A stretch of DNA of 63,372 nucleotides, counting the filler, from Reclinomonas americana ATCC 50394 (Eukaryota): the NCBI GenBank assembly GCA_048213135.1. It is 29 parts of 29 records of this genome, joined end to end, with 100 filler letters (N's around TTAATTAATTAA, not from the genome) between each part and the next. Parts side by side here need not be neighbours in the genome. Positions count along the whole stretch, not along the records: positions 10,432 to 11,575 come from AFZH01024748.1; positions 11,676 to 12,883 come from AFZH01024750.1; positions 12,984 to 14,198 come from AFZH01024751.1; positions 14,299 to 17,245 come from AFZH01024752.1; positions 17,346 to 20,289 come from AFZH01024753.1; positions 20,390 to 23,324 come from AFZH01024754.1; 23 more parts are not named here. One strand, written 5' to 3'. The notes below the pieces were generated by a model. That model saw only the letters and a program-made list of their open reading frames with translations. It had not been told where the DNA came from and did not search any database. Positions within the stretch are counted from its first letter, which is position 1. The number at the start of each line of letters is the position of its first letter. Position numbers and translations under genes: made by a program. Below, piece after piece: positions 11,535 to 23,160 of this stretch.

Positions 11535-11675
11535 CGGCGGGCAGTGCCGGTCTAGGCTGACTTGACGTGAAGATCNNNNNNNNNNNNNNNNNNNNNNNNN
11601 NNNNNNNNNNNNNNNNNNNTTAATTAATTAANNNNNNNNNNNNNNNNNNNNNNNNNNNNNNNNNNNNNNNNNNNN

Positions 11676-12883
11676 CCCGCACGCCCGCGTCCGGCGAGAT
11701 CTCTCGCACCGACATGCGTGTCATCTGGCTGCTGCTCGTCGCCGCCTTCGTCGCCATCCTCAACGAGACGACGATGGGCATCGCGATCCCGCACCTGAAC
11801 ACCGATCTCGGCATTCCGCCGGAGCTCGGTCAGTGGCTGACCAGCGCCTTCATGCTGACCATGGCCGTCGTCATCCCGACGACAGGGTTCATCCTCCAGC
11901 GCTTCACGACCCGCCAGGTGTTCATCGCGGCGATGGTCGCGTTCTCGCTCGGCACGCTCGTGGCCCTGGTCGCGCCCGGATTCGGCGTGCTGCTGGTCGG
12001 CCGCGTCATCCAGGCCGCGGGAACAGGCATCATGATGCCCCTGCTGATGACCACCATCATGAACGTCGTGCCGCCGCAGTCGCGCGGCCGCATGATGGGC
12101 CGCGTCGGCATGGTCATCTCCCTCGCACCCGCGATCGGCCCGACGCTCGCCGGCGCCGTGCTCGAGGCGTTCAACTGGCGTGCGCTGTTCGCGATCGTCC
12201 TGCCCATCGCTCTCATCGCCCTCGGCATGGGCGTCAAGTGGATGACGAACCTCGGCGAGACGCGTCGCGTCCCGCTCGACGTGCTGTCCATCCCGCTCGC
12301 GGCGCTCGGCTTCGGCGGCATCGTGTTCGGCCTCAGCCAGTTCGGCGGGGAGGGCGGCTCCGGTGAGACGACCGGCATCATCGCCCTCGTCGTCGGCGCC
12401 GTGACGCTCGGCCTGTTCGTCTGGCGTCAGCTCCTGCTGCAGCGCATCGACGACGCGCTGCTCGATCTGCGGGTGTTCCGCGCCGGCAACTTCACGTTCG
12501 CGGTCATCATCATGACGATCCTCGCGCTGTCGATGTTCGGAACGCTCACCCTGCTGCCGCAGTACCTGCAGAACGTCGCGGGACTCAATGCGCTGCAGTC
12601 CGGGCTGATCCTGCTGCCGGGCTCGGTGCTCATGGGTCTGCTCGGTCCGGTGATGGGTCGCGTCTACGACTCGCGTGGCACGCGCCCGCTGCTGATCCCC
12701 GGGACCATCCTGGTGTCGGCCGCGCTGTTCTACTACTCGACGGTCGGCGAGCACACCGTGTGGTGGGTGCTCATCATCGTGCAGGCCGCGATGTCGGTCG
12801 GACTGGCGATGTCGTTCACCCCGCTGTTCTCCGCATCGCTGGGTTCGCTGCAGCGCTCGCTGTACTCGCACGGTTCCGCCGTG
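11676..12883 (+). CDS. DHA2 (EmrB/QacA, LmrB-like) MFS drug efflux transporter, partial
   Basis: AFVAILNETTM, QWLTSAFMLTMAVVIP, GRVIQAAGTG, APAIGPTL; many TM segments. Confidence 0.92.
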
Positions 12884-12983
12884 NNNNNNNNNNNNNNNNN
12901 NNNNNNNNNNNNNNNNNNNNNNNNNNNTTAATTAATTAANNNNNNNNNNNNNNNNNNNNNNNNNNNNNNNNNNNNNNNNNNNN

Positions 12984-13108
12984 AAGTGGCAGACGCCACC
13001 GCTGCAATAACCGGCGGCATCGGCCTCGAGCAGGTTCAGAGCACCCGCGAGCGGCGGCGGCGCCAGAGGCGCATCCTTCTCTGCGGTGTCCTGCTGCGTT
13101 TTCTTCAT
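12984..13108 (-). CDS. Small peptide with C-terminal CxxxxC motif (truncated by contig end)
   Basis: MKKTQQDTAEKDAPLAPPPLAGALNLLEADAAGYCSGGVCH..., below the ORF-track length cut-off; divergent from the CMD gene. Confidence 0.5.
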
Positions 13109-13236
13109 CCTTCGATGGTACGCCTGCCGGAAGCAACCGGCGCCGTCCGCCTCTTCCCTGCCTGATACGCCCGGCGTATCGTTCGCTGTGATGCCGGGCG
13201 CGTGCGCGGTCCGGTGACCGCAGCGAAGGAGCCGCC

Positions 13237-13839
13237 ATGATCATCAGCACGCCGGGAGAGGCCGAGGCAGCGGGCCATGTCGCCGAGATGTATGCGGGCG
13301 ACATCGACGACGACGGCTTCGTCTTCTCGCACACTCGCGCGATGGCTGTGAATCCCGACGCGCATGCCGCCTTCGAGGACCTGATCGGCGCGATCGTGCC
13401 GTCGATCGGCATCCGCGTGTACGAGGCAGCCACGCTCGGCGCGGCGCGGGCCATCGGCTCCACCCACTGTCTCCTCGCGCACGGCCGCAAGTCGCTGCGA
13501 GCCGACGTCCTCGACGAGAACGCCCTCGAAGCCTTCGCGGCGGGAGACGACGCCGGATTCACCCCTGCCGAGCAGGTGGTCGTCGGGTATGCCGCGCAGC
13601 TGTCGAACGACCCCGCTTCGATGACGGATGCCGACACGCAAGCCCTGCGCGACGTGGGCTACTCGGACCGGCAGATCGTGGACATCACTCTCGCGGCGGC
13701 GGCACGGAACTTGTTCAGCCGTGCCCTGCTCGCCCTCGCCGTGCCGGTCGACGAGGTCCCCGGCCTGAATCCGACCATCGCCGCCGCGCTGACGCGCTCG
13801 GACGCCGCCGTCCGCTCGCAGCCGACAGGGGATGGATAG
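13237..13839 (+). CDS. Carboxymuconolactone decarboxylase / AhpD-like peroxidase-related protein
   Basis: GAAGGAG RBS; motifs RVYEAATLGAARAIGSTHCLLAHG and LRDVGYSDRQIVDI. Confidence 0.85.
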   Translation: MIISTPGEAEAAGHVAEMYAGDIDDDGFVFSHTRAMAVNPDAHAAFEDLIGAIVPSIGIRVYEAATLGAARAIGSTHCLLAHGRKSLRADVLDENALEAFAAGDDAGFTPAEQVVVGYAAQLSNDPASMTDADTQALRDVGYSDRQIVDITLAAAARNLFSRALLALAVPVDEVPGLNPTIAAALTRSDAAVRSQPTGDG

Positions 13840-13862
13840 CCGCTCTCCCTTACGGTTGAGCC

Positions 13863-14198
13863 ATGCTCAAACGACTCCTCGCCCGCTTGTTCTGGGCGTT
13901 CAGCCGCTGGACGCTCACAAGCGAAGGCGCACCGACGCGCCCGACGGTGCTGGTGGGCGCACCGCACACGTCCAACTGGGACTTCGTCCTGATGCTCGCC
14001 ATCGCCTGGCGCCTCGGCATCGACGTGCACTGGCTCGGGAAGAAGAGTCTCTTCCGCGGGTGGCGGGGTCCGATCATGCGTGGGCTCGGCGGCATCCCCG
14101 TCGATCGAGCCGACCCGGCGCGCGTGGTGAAGGAGGTCGTCGGCCAGGTGCACGCCGGCACGGTCTTCGGGCTCGTCGTGACGCCGGACGGAACCCGC
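13863..14198 (+). CDS. PlsC-like 1-acyl-sn-glycerol-3-phosphate acyltransferase, partial
   Basis: APHTSNWD (HX4D), GGIPVDR, TPDGTR. Confidence 0.9.
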
Positions 14199-14298
14199 NN
14201 NNNNNNNNNNNNNNNNNNNNNNNNNNNNNNNNNNNNNNNNNNTTAATTAATTAANNNNNNNNNNNNNNNNNNNNNNNNNNNNNNNNNNNNNNNNNNNN

Positions 14299-17245
14299 TC
14301 GGAGCTCCCAGAGTTCGTCTCGTTGCCAGAAGTTGCGTTCGACAGAGGCATCGGGAACGGCAACGGCGTACGTGAGAGGTAGAAAACAACATCTCCGGGC
14401 TTGGTGCGGAACCAGTGCGCGCTACCTCCGCGATCCGTCAGCGATCGTTCCTCGAATTGGCACTCCAACGCTCGTCGACACCGATCACCTCCATAGCGTG
14501 CCAACGGCGACCAGGGGTCCACGACCACAGTTTGCCCAGCATCAGCTAGCTGACAGATACTCTTGTCCTCGAAAAGCTCGAAAAGAGTCACATAAGAGTC
14601 AAATCCTCGGCACGATGAAACAAACGGCACAATGGGTGTTGCATAGTTCGAGCGGGTGCTCCAAAAGTCCGAGTTTAGAACATCGTCAATGTTGCCAACA
14701 CCACTGACACGCACGACATCACGTACGAACGGATCATTGGCCGATGCGTTGTAACCAACAGTCAGCAGAGCACCACCAACCGCGTTGAGTGGCGGATCTA
14801 TAGAAGACGGGTACAGTACTGAATAGAAAACGAGGTCGGTGCCGTTGAACGCACGACGAGGTGCGCTCTGTGAAACTTGGAGCGTGCCAACGAGCTGGGA
14901 TGTGAACTGAGAGGTCAAGTAGCGGCCGTGGACCATATCCGCACAAACTCGAACGCGAACATTCCTGCAGGGTCTCACAGATGTTAAAACATGGCATTCT
15001 CACTCGCACACGCAGACGCAAAAAAAAAGCATGTCGCAACTGAAGAGTAAGCATGCTGAACGAAAATGTTCGGTTCTTTGGCACATTTGCATCCTGGAAC
15101 CAAAACGGCAAGCTCGTACGGTTGACAGACAAAATATCAGTTTCAGGATCGGCAGCGTACATCGACAGCGTAAAGTGTTCCCCGTACTCAATTCCAGTGA
15201 TGTGCGACCAGTCAAACTGTAATGAAGCGACGCGATTCGCTCCAAGCAAAAATGAAGAACAGTTCGCCACCGTTGACACCTCGACCACCGTTTCCGACGA
15301 CACCGACAACGCGGCTCGGTTGGACGCCACCAGTGGCACTCGTTGAAGGTATTGATCGTGCGCAGCAAGATACTCCTCGTCCTTATTGCACTGCTCGTAG
15401 AGGTAGGAGCCTTCAGGCGACGTAGTGCCAAGAGGGCAACGAGTAATCGGTTCAGTGGAGTTCGTGCCCGGCGGGCAGTAGAATCCACGCTTGCACTGGA
15501 AGAATGTCTGGATGCTAGCAGGTGTTCCCGAAGTACAGTAGAAGCCAGCCTTGCACGGACTATCGTATGCAGTGGTGGGAGTCGTACCAGTGCTGCATAC
15601 AAATCCAGCAGGGCACGGAGAGTTCAGCATAGTTAACACCGACGTGCCAGCTGGACACACGAATCCTTCAGGGCACGAGTCTTGATCTTCAAAGCTCAGC
15701 AGACCCTCCTGCTTGCACACGATTCCAGCCGGACACGGAGTACAGCCGTCAGGACCGGTTAGCGCACCAGACACGGGTGCGTACGTTCCACTTGGGCAGT
15801 TACGGCAGGACACAAGCGTCTCGTTAACTTGGCGGTACTGCCCTGCCGGACATGGCGTTGGCACCACAGTACCTGCATCCGGACAGAAGTATCCTGCAGG
15901 GCACGGATCACACTCTGCTAACCCGGTCTTGTTGGAGTATGTGGATGGCGGGCACGGACGTGGAATATCATTGCCGAGACCAGGCGCGTAGTGGCCAGGC
16001 GGCGACGGCACAGGTACAGACACATTGGCTGGACAATAGAACCCCGCGGGGCACAATGCACTGCCGCTGACACTTGCAGCACCGGCCAAGCAGTACGATC
16101 CTGCGCGACACGGTTGTGGAGCGAGATACGTAGAAACGTCGATCGTGGGATACTTCGCGCCTCGCAAACAGAAACTCCTCGGAGGACAAGGAATGGGGTT
16201 GGGATAGGTACCCGACGGCGGAATAGTGACCGGTAAGACCGCCGGCACAGAACTTGTCACACCCGCCAAGCAATAATGTCCAGCCGGACATCGCTTCACA
16301 GGCAGTGCGAGACCGGGGGCATCACAAACAAATCCAGCAGGGCAAGTCTTGGGTGCCGTCAAGCCATCATCCGGACAAACTTGTCCAGCCAAACAAGGCA
16401 AACACTGCGTCTGCGCGATGGCGTTGTTGAAGGTACCAGGTAGGCAGAGCGTGTAGGCTCGGTTGCCCTCGCCAAAACAAAAGGCACCGGCAGGACATGG
16501 GATAAAACTCGTAAGATTTCCTCCGGGGCAGTAGAAACCAGGTGCACATAGGCCTTGTCCTTGAGGAGAAGCAGCACCCCCCGAGCAGTTGAAGCCAGAT
16601 GCGCAGGGAATCGGAAAAGAAAAGTCATTCGGATCGCGAGTCAAGTTCGCAACAGAGGTCGTCACTCCAAAAGCACAAAAATGTGCCACGGGGCACGGCA
16701 ATGGCTTCAGCGGCTCCACAGCATCATGCGAATTCGCAGTCTTCCTTCCAGCTGGACAATAAGAACCTGGAGGGCAGTAATTGGCCGGAATGAATAACCC
16801 GACCTCGTCACATATCTGACCGGCCGGGCACAGCCGCGGGGACGTCAACCCCCAGTTCGGGCAGTAGAAGCCAACTGGACACGGAGTACACTGACGAGAA
16901 CCGGAGGCCGGTTGATAAGTACCAGGCGGACACTTGCGGGGTGTAGCCATGTTGTACGTCGGGCATTGATGACCCGGAGGACAAGGTTGACTCTTGCTGC
17001 CTGTCACAGTGACCTCGCCACAGTACTCGCCAGGCAAGCACAGAACAGACTGGAACACGGTCTCATTGTGCGAAAAGTAGAGACCGTTAACTGAGACTTC
17101 CAGGGTCCAGGTCGCTGCTCCGCTGAGGTCCATTGGCTCGGTGACACACGACAGAAGCGTTGAAGACAAAATGGTCGCACGAACAACAGTGCTTTCGAAA
17201 CGGCACGAGTAGTCGCTGGACGCTGCGAAGCCACTGCCATGCACC
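14299..17245 (-). CDS. Same giant GCC2/GCC3 Cys-repeat protein, allele B
   Basis: Near-identical to 6117-9068. Intron at 14965-15040; the length differences between the copies fall in this intron. Confidence 0.85.
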
Positions 17246-17382
17246 NNNNNNNNNNNNNNNNNNNNNNNNNNNNNNNNNNNNNNNNNNNNTTAATTAATTA
17301 ANNNNNNNNNNNNNNNNNNNNNNNNNNNNNNNNNNNNNNNNNNNNTTGTGTTTATTTTTTCTCTCTCCCTCTCTCTGTGCAG

Positions 17383-18346
17383 CAAGAAGCTGGGCAACGT
17401 GTCGCCCGAGCACTACGCCATCAGTCTGGCGGAGCACTTTTTCTCGACGCAGTCGCAGGTCGACGCACTGGAGATTGCCGTGCAGATCAAGCCGTGGAGC
17501 CGTGTGCACGTGCAAGGCCGCGCGCAGTTTCGTAACGCACCTGCTGTTTCTGTTGGTGGTGCACGTGGTGTCTCACGCGCGACGTCACACAGCAACCATT
17601 CGTTCCAGCAGTCGAGCCAGGTGTTGGACTCGTGCTTGTTGACGCAGAGCCGTGGGCAGAAGCCGCACATTACGCAGTCGGTCACCAACCTGGTGCTGAT
17701 GAAGAGCACGCAGTCGGGCTTTGTCGGTGCGTGACCGCGCGTGCGTGCGTGTGGGTGCGTTTGTTGTACTGACCGCGCCACAGGCTTCATCAAGGATGCC
17801 TACACGACGCTGCCGGAGGTCACCGATCGCATCATGTGCTCCAACGTGACGGCCACCTGGTCATACAGCCCCGACATTGACGCCAAGACGTACGACTTCC
17901 CTCTGCTGCGTCAGCGCGCCGAGACGGCCATGATTGAGACGTTTGCGGGCCCGCCAGTGGACGGAATCTTCTCGCCCAGCGTGCAGCAAACTCTCTACGA
18001 GATGGTGTGCAGTATTACTCGCGTCCCGCTTCGCCTCCTTTTGCTCACACACACACACACACTCCGACACAACGCAGGGTCAAGAGGTGCTCAAGGCGCT
18101 GCCGAGCGTGGAATGGATCAGCATCTCGATGCCCAACCTGCACTACCTGCCACTCAACCTGGCGCCCTTTGGCCAGGACAACAAGAACACCATCTTCTAC
18201 CCGGCGTACGAGCCGCATGGTGAGCGCATATATATGTGTGTGTGTGTGTGTTTTCCCTCGGCTTCTCTCTGGCGTGCTTGTATTCTCACAAGTGTGCAGG
18301 TCTGATTGAGGCTACCATTCGCCGCAAGCTGCGTGCGCGCCTCTGA
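17383..18346 (+). CDS. UOX: Uricase (urate oxidase), 3' part with PTS1-type ending; allele A
   Basis: LVLMKSTQSGFVG|FIKDAYTTLPEVTDRIM, SPSVQQTLYEM, MPNLHY, EPHG|LIEATIRRKLRARL*. Confidence 0.95.
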
Positions 18347-18514
18347 GCGGTCGGGGCATTCACAGCCCGTGGACGATATATTTTTTGCATGCCTATGACA
18401 ACGACGACGACGGTAGCGAGTGCTTGTATTGAGAGATAGTCAGTGAGTGTGTCACAATGAATATGACTGATGAACACTTGCAAAATGGTGTCTTACGCTG
18501 GGGACACACACACA

Positions 18515-19546
18515 CTAGGCCAACAAGCAGAACTTGTTGTCGCACCGCTCGCTGCAGTTGGGCGGCACGTCAAACAGACCCGGCTGCGAGACAGCCTGCG
18601 GGCCCGCCTGGTAGTCGAGGTTGTACAGCCACTCGTTCTTGCCGACAATCAGCGTCGGGTAGCCCTCGTAGTAGAGGCACGGAGCTCCAGCAGCATCCTG
18701 GTAGTAGTAGTTGTGCTGACCCTGCGCGCGTGGCGTGTGAGTTCCCGCTGTGGCGACTACCACGGACGAGACGAAACTCCGTCCTTGACCCAGCCATTGC
18801 ACGTGCGGCCATTGACGTCCATGGTGCCCACATAGGAGCCGCCCTGCAGCCACGTCGGCAAGATGATGCCGCAATGCTGCGTCACGTTGCAGCACCGGCA
18901 GCAGATGTTGCTGTCGGGGAAAATCAAGTAGCGCTGCAGCCTCGGGAGGTGAGGCGCACAGAAAACAAAAAGAAAGGAAGAGACGCACGCACGCACACAC
19001 GCACCCAGCTGTCGGCCGCCACCAGGTGCGTGCACGCCTCCTGACTCTTGCTCTTGCCGGCCTGCGCCGTGCAAAACTCGTCATGCTGGCCGCTGTATTG
19101 GTGTGTGAGAGACAGCGAAGAAAGGCGAAAACAAGATGTGCGTGCTTTTTTCCCTCCCAACCTGCTGTGCTCCTCCTTGCTCACAGCGCGAGTGGCATCG
19201 TACCAGAAGCGCACAGTGTTCTTCCACTGACCCTCCAACTTGATCGAGACTAACAACACAAAAAAGAATGATGTTTTTCCGGTGTTTGTTTGTGCTCGGT
19301 CACAGCATCACACACACGCGTGTACGCACTTGTCTGGTTGATGGTCACATAGAACTGCGAGTCCCACACCTACGCATGCACGCGCTCAGCAGACGAGCAC
19401 GCAATCAGACTGAAAACACCGCGGAGAAACAGTCGTCGCACCGGTGGTGCAGGCGCGGCCACCACAGTCGACGACATGCATGAGAGCAGCGCGACAAGAG
19501 AGAGGCTGCAGAGGAGTGCAGCGGCGAGTTGAGCTGTGCGTGTCAT
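18515..19546 (-). CDS. Secreted Cys-rich protein, probably ependymin-related (EPDR/LolA-like fold); allele A
   Basis: Signal peptide MTRTAQLAAALLCSLSLVALL; exons give APAPP|VWDSQF...FWYD...HDEFC...RYLIFPDSNICCRCC...CGIILPTWLQGGSYVG...W...NYYY...LFDVPPNCSERC. Confidence 0.55.
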
Positions 19547-19592
19547 GATGTGACTCTGTATTGATGGACAGAGAGACAGACGACGAGCTCGC

Positions 19593-20289
19593 TCACAGTT
19601 GTTGCATGCGTGCATGAGGCGCCGTGCCCGCAGCCTGTGTCAACGAGTGAGTGCGCGTACATCAGTGTGACAAGCGCCTTTCTCTCACACGAACCCGACC
19701 ACACCACGCACACACTGCGTTCTCCTCGAGCAGCTTTTGCGCAAATGCACGAATCGTGTGCGCCAAGTCGTCCGTGACTGGGGCCGCCGGCGCACACTGC
19801 GAGAAGAAGAAGAAGAAGACGAAGAAGAAGAAGAAGAGTCATTGTGCGTGGTGTAGTGTGCGTGTTGACGACGAGGGATTGATTACCGACCTGCGGGCGA
19901 GGTCGCCCTCCCGCGCGTCGTTTGAGCTGTGCAAAGAGCGCGGCGTTGCTCTCGCGATACTGCGCCACAAAGTGCACTCTGTGTACCACACACCACTGTG
20001 TGAGCTCACGCCTGTCTTCCACCTGTCTCTCTTTGACGCTTACCGCTTCTCATGCAAGCTCTCCATCGACGCGTGCATGTCACGGCGAACGGCTTGCATG
20101 CTCTCCTGTCGCGCGCAGGCCTCCTCGCGGTGTGCGACCACTTGAGCGTCCAGTGCCGCCAAGTGCACCACTTGCTCACGAGTGGCGCCTCGCACAGTGC
20201 GCAGAGTCTCCTCGGCCGCTTGCACCTTGGTCAGCACTGCGCAAACATGAGAGAGAGAGAGAGAGAGAGAGTGGTGCACACTGCAAAAT
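19593..20289 (-). CDS. Hypothetical helical/coiled-coil protein, C-terminal exons; allele A
   Basis: Exons such as VQAAEETLRTVRGATREQVVHLAALDAQVVAHREEACARQESMQAVRRDM are conserved between alleles; predicted last exon AAGTAPHARMQQL*. Confidence 0.4.
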
Positions 20290-20389
20290 NNNNNNNNNNN
20301 NNNNNNNNNNNNNNNNNNNNNNNNNNNNNNNNNTTAATTAATTAANNNNNNNNNNNNNNNNNNNNNNNNNNNNNNNNNNNNNNNNNNNN

Positions 20390-21955
20390 TTCCGAGGGCG
20401 ACTACGGCAGCGATGATGAGCTGGCAGCCATGGAGCGAGAGAAACGTCAGAACGCCAAGGCCCAGAAGCAGAAGCAGAAGAGCACTGCGGTTGCTGGTGG
20501 ACCGGTGAGTCCTTGTAGCCAGCTTGTGTGTTTCCTGTCGCCCACTGACTGCTCGCGCAGGGCAAGAAGTCGTTCGGACCGGGCATGGCGGTGGACGACG
20601 AGGCGGCTGGCGAGGAGGATGACGAGGCGCCGACCATGCTGGGCACGTCGCAGTTGGTGGCTCAAGCGGGCATGAGTTCCGGCAAGGCGGTGCGGCTAAA
20701 AGGCAACCTGCGAGTGGCGACTGGTGCAGTGCAGGCGCCCACGGTGTCGCTGAACAAGAAGGATGTGAGCATGGCCACTGTCGGCGGCCGAGCCACCAAA
20801 GCGAGTTGCGTGCGGATGAGTGGGGAGGAGGAGATTTCGTAGGGATGGACAGCTGATTGACTGCTGCCTTTCTCTCCACAGATGGCCAAGCAATGCCGGC
20901 CAACACAACCCCTCAGGGGGCTAACCGACCGGTCGCGGATGTGGAGGAGGACGAGGAGATGAAGGGAGAGGAGGAGGACGAAGACGGCAAGCCGCGCGCC
21001 AAGGCTGTGTCTGGCAAGGGCAAGACAGCGAATCCGTGGCTGCAACCTGCGGATGCGCTCAAGAAGACGGCAAAGAAGAAGTCTCTACGCACGGGCACCA
21101 AACAGGGCGCCGACGACGAGACTATGGACGAAGATCGCGTGCACGTCGACATGTCGAGGGTGCTGGCGGCTCCCGGCAAGCAACAGCAGCAGCAACAACA
21201 GCGCGGCAAGGCGGTGAAGAAGCAGGGTACGTTTTTGGCTGCTCTTTTCTCCAAGGGCGATCATCTGAGAGAGTGTTATTTTTGCAGCCCGCCGCGCCGA
21301 CGAAGGCAAGGACGACGACTATGACGATGGCGACGACGACGAGGAGGAGACGGGCATGCGATCCGTGTCGAGCAAGCAGCGTGCACTCATCGAGAGCGCG
21401 TTTGCGGATGGAGAGGATGTGGAGACGGACTTTGCGCGCGAGAAGGACGAGCTGGTGGATCGTGAGGTGGCGCAACCGAAGATCGATGTGGTGCCCGGGT
21501 GGGGATCGTGGTCGGGTGCGGGCATCAAGAAGGCGCCCCGTGTGCCCAAGTTCATCAAGGAGCACAACGAAGCGGCCGACAAGAAGGCTTCCGACTTGAA
21601 GGCGAAGCGCAAGGATGCCAAGCTGAAGCACGTCATCATCAACGAGAAACGCAATCGCATGGTGGCCGATCTGTTGGTACCCAAGGCGCCTCATCCGTAC
21701 CACAATCGGCAGGAGTACGAGCGCACCCTCGCCATGCCAGTTGGACGCAACTGGAACACCGAGTTTGTGCATCGCGAGATGGTGGCTCCGAGGGTGAGTG
21801 GTGTGATTGAGAGGGAGGAGAGGTGCGAGAGATATGGCACTGACTCGCTGCTGCGGTGTGAACAGGTATCGATTCGAGCGGGTGCGATCATCGACCCGAT
21901 CAAGGCACCGAAGAAGAAGGCGAGGAAAAACAAGGACGGTGGCAGCGGGGATTAA
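20390..21955 (+). CDS. UTP14: U3 snoRNA-associated protein 14, C-terminal part
   Basis: QRALIESAFA..DVETDFAREK, VPGWGSWSGAG, RKDAKLKHVIINEK, PHPY..RQEYERTLAMPVGRNWNT, GAIIDPI. Confidence 0.95.
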
Positions 21956-22258
21956 ATGGCTTGCGGGTTATCGTGTTTAAATTCAAGGGATGCAGTGGCC
22001 GTCGTTTCCCCTTCTTCCACCCAAATTCGCTGTACCAAATTATTCTTGTTTTTTTACTACTTCCAGCCGTCGTTCTTCCTCCCTCTCTCTCTTCTTCCCG
22101 CTTTCTCTTCTGATCGACACACCACAGCTACTCTAATCGTGGGGTGACAAACATGCATCAGCGTGAAAAAGAGAGAAAGACAGAGAGAGAAGAATGTCGC
22201 GACGAGCCAGAGATTTTTTTCGGAAAAGTTTCTGAATGCCGGCTCGCTATTTTCCAGC

Positions 22259-22481
22259 TCACGCCGAGGGCGTCGGCAACGGCTCACCGCTGCTCACAGT
22301 GGCCTGCCGCACCACCTCGGGTGTCGTGTCGAGTGGACCGTCGCTCTTCGCTCGTTCGTAGTTACGTTCGCGCAGGACCTCAGGTCGCGGAATCACGGCC
22401 TGTGTCGCCCGACTGATGCGCACTCTTTCGAAGGTGCCGTCGGCGCGGTGCTCGAATCGGAAGGCGATCTTACAGGGGCGG
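22259..22481 (-). CDS. MRPL24: Mitochondrial ribosomal protein uL24m, last exon
   Basis: RPCKIAFRFEHRADGTFERVRISRATQAVIPRPEVLRER...GPLDTTPEVV matches the uL24m C-terminal pattern (RVRxS...IIPRPE...GPxDT); preceded by a pyrimidine tract and CAG acceptor. Confidence 0.75.
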
Positions 22482-22819
22482 CTGTGGGGGGAAAGAGGGG
22501 GAGAATGAGTGAAAGGGGGGGAGGGGGAAGGCGGAGAGAGAGAAGGGAATGGGGAAAATACATCGGCGCTGGTAAATGGACGAAACAAGGGGTGCAGAAA
22601 GAAACGTGAAGAGAGCCAAGTCGGCAAGTGTGCAAGGCGTGCGGTATGGAAGGCAAGTCTGCACTGACTAATGTGCAGGAGGAGAGACAAGAATTGGAGC
22701 AGGGAGGCAGAGAGGAATTCGCAGAAAGCGGGTCTTGGTGCGAAGGAGAGATTAAGCAAGTCGACAGTAGAAGTAAAGAGTACAAAGAAGCAGAATGCGA
22801 CGGAGAGGGAGTCAAGTGG

Positions 22820-23160
22820 AGAGGCACAGAAAGAGTGCGTCGGTACGAGGAGTACGGAGAAGGGTCACGGTGGCGAGAGGAAGAAACAAATAATCGGAGA
22901 CAGAAAGCGTGCGTAGGCGCGAGGAGTGCGGAGAAGGGTCGCAGTGAAAGGGCCAGAGTGGCAGCAAAGAGTAGAGAGCCACAGAAAGCGTGCGTCGGTG
23001 TGAGGAGTGTGGAGAAGTGTCGCAGTGAAAGGGCCAGAGTGGCAGTACAGAGTAAATAGAAGCAGAATATCTGCGTCGGTAAGAGGGTGCCGAGATGGAT
23101 CACAGTGGCGAGAGGAAGAAACAAGTAATCGGAGACAGAAAGCGCGCGTCGGTGCGAGTG
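22820..23160. repeat. Degenerate tandem repeat (about 75-80 bp units) in probable MRPL24 intron
   Basis: Recurring GAAAGCGTGCGT..GAGGAGT..GGAGAAG.GTCGCAGTGAAAGGGCCAGAGTGGCAG and GTGGCGAGAGGAAGAAACAA.TAATCGGAGACAGAAAGCG. Confidence 0.7.

Noticed and set aside
10432..14198. Bacteria-to-eukaryote horizontal transfer
   Set aside because: Bacterial and eukaryotic sequences are only adjacent across artificial linkers.
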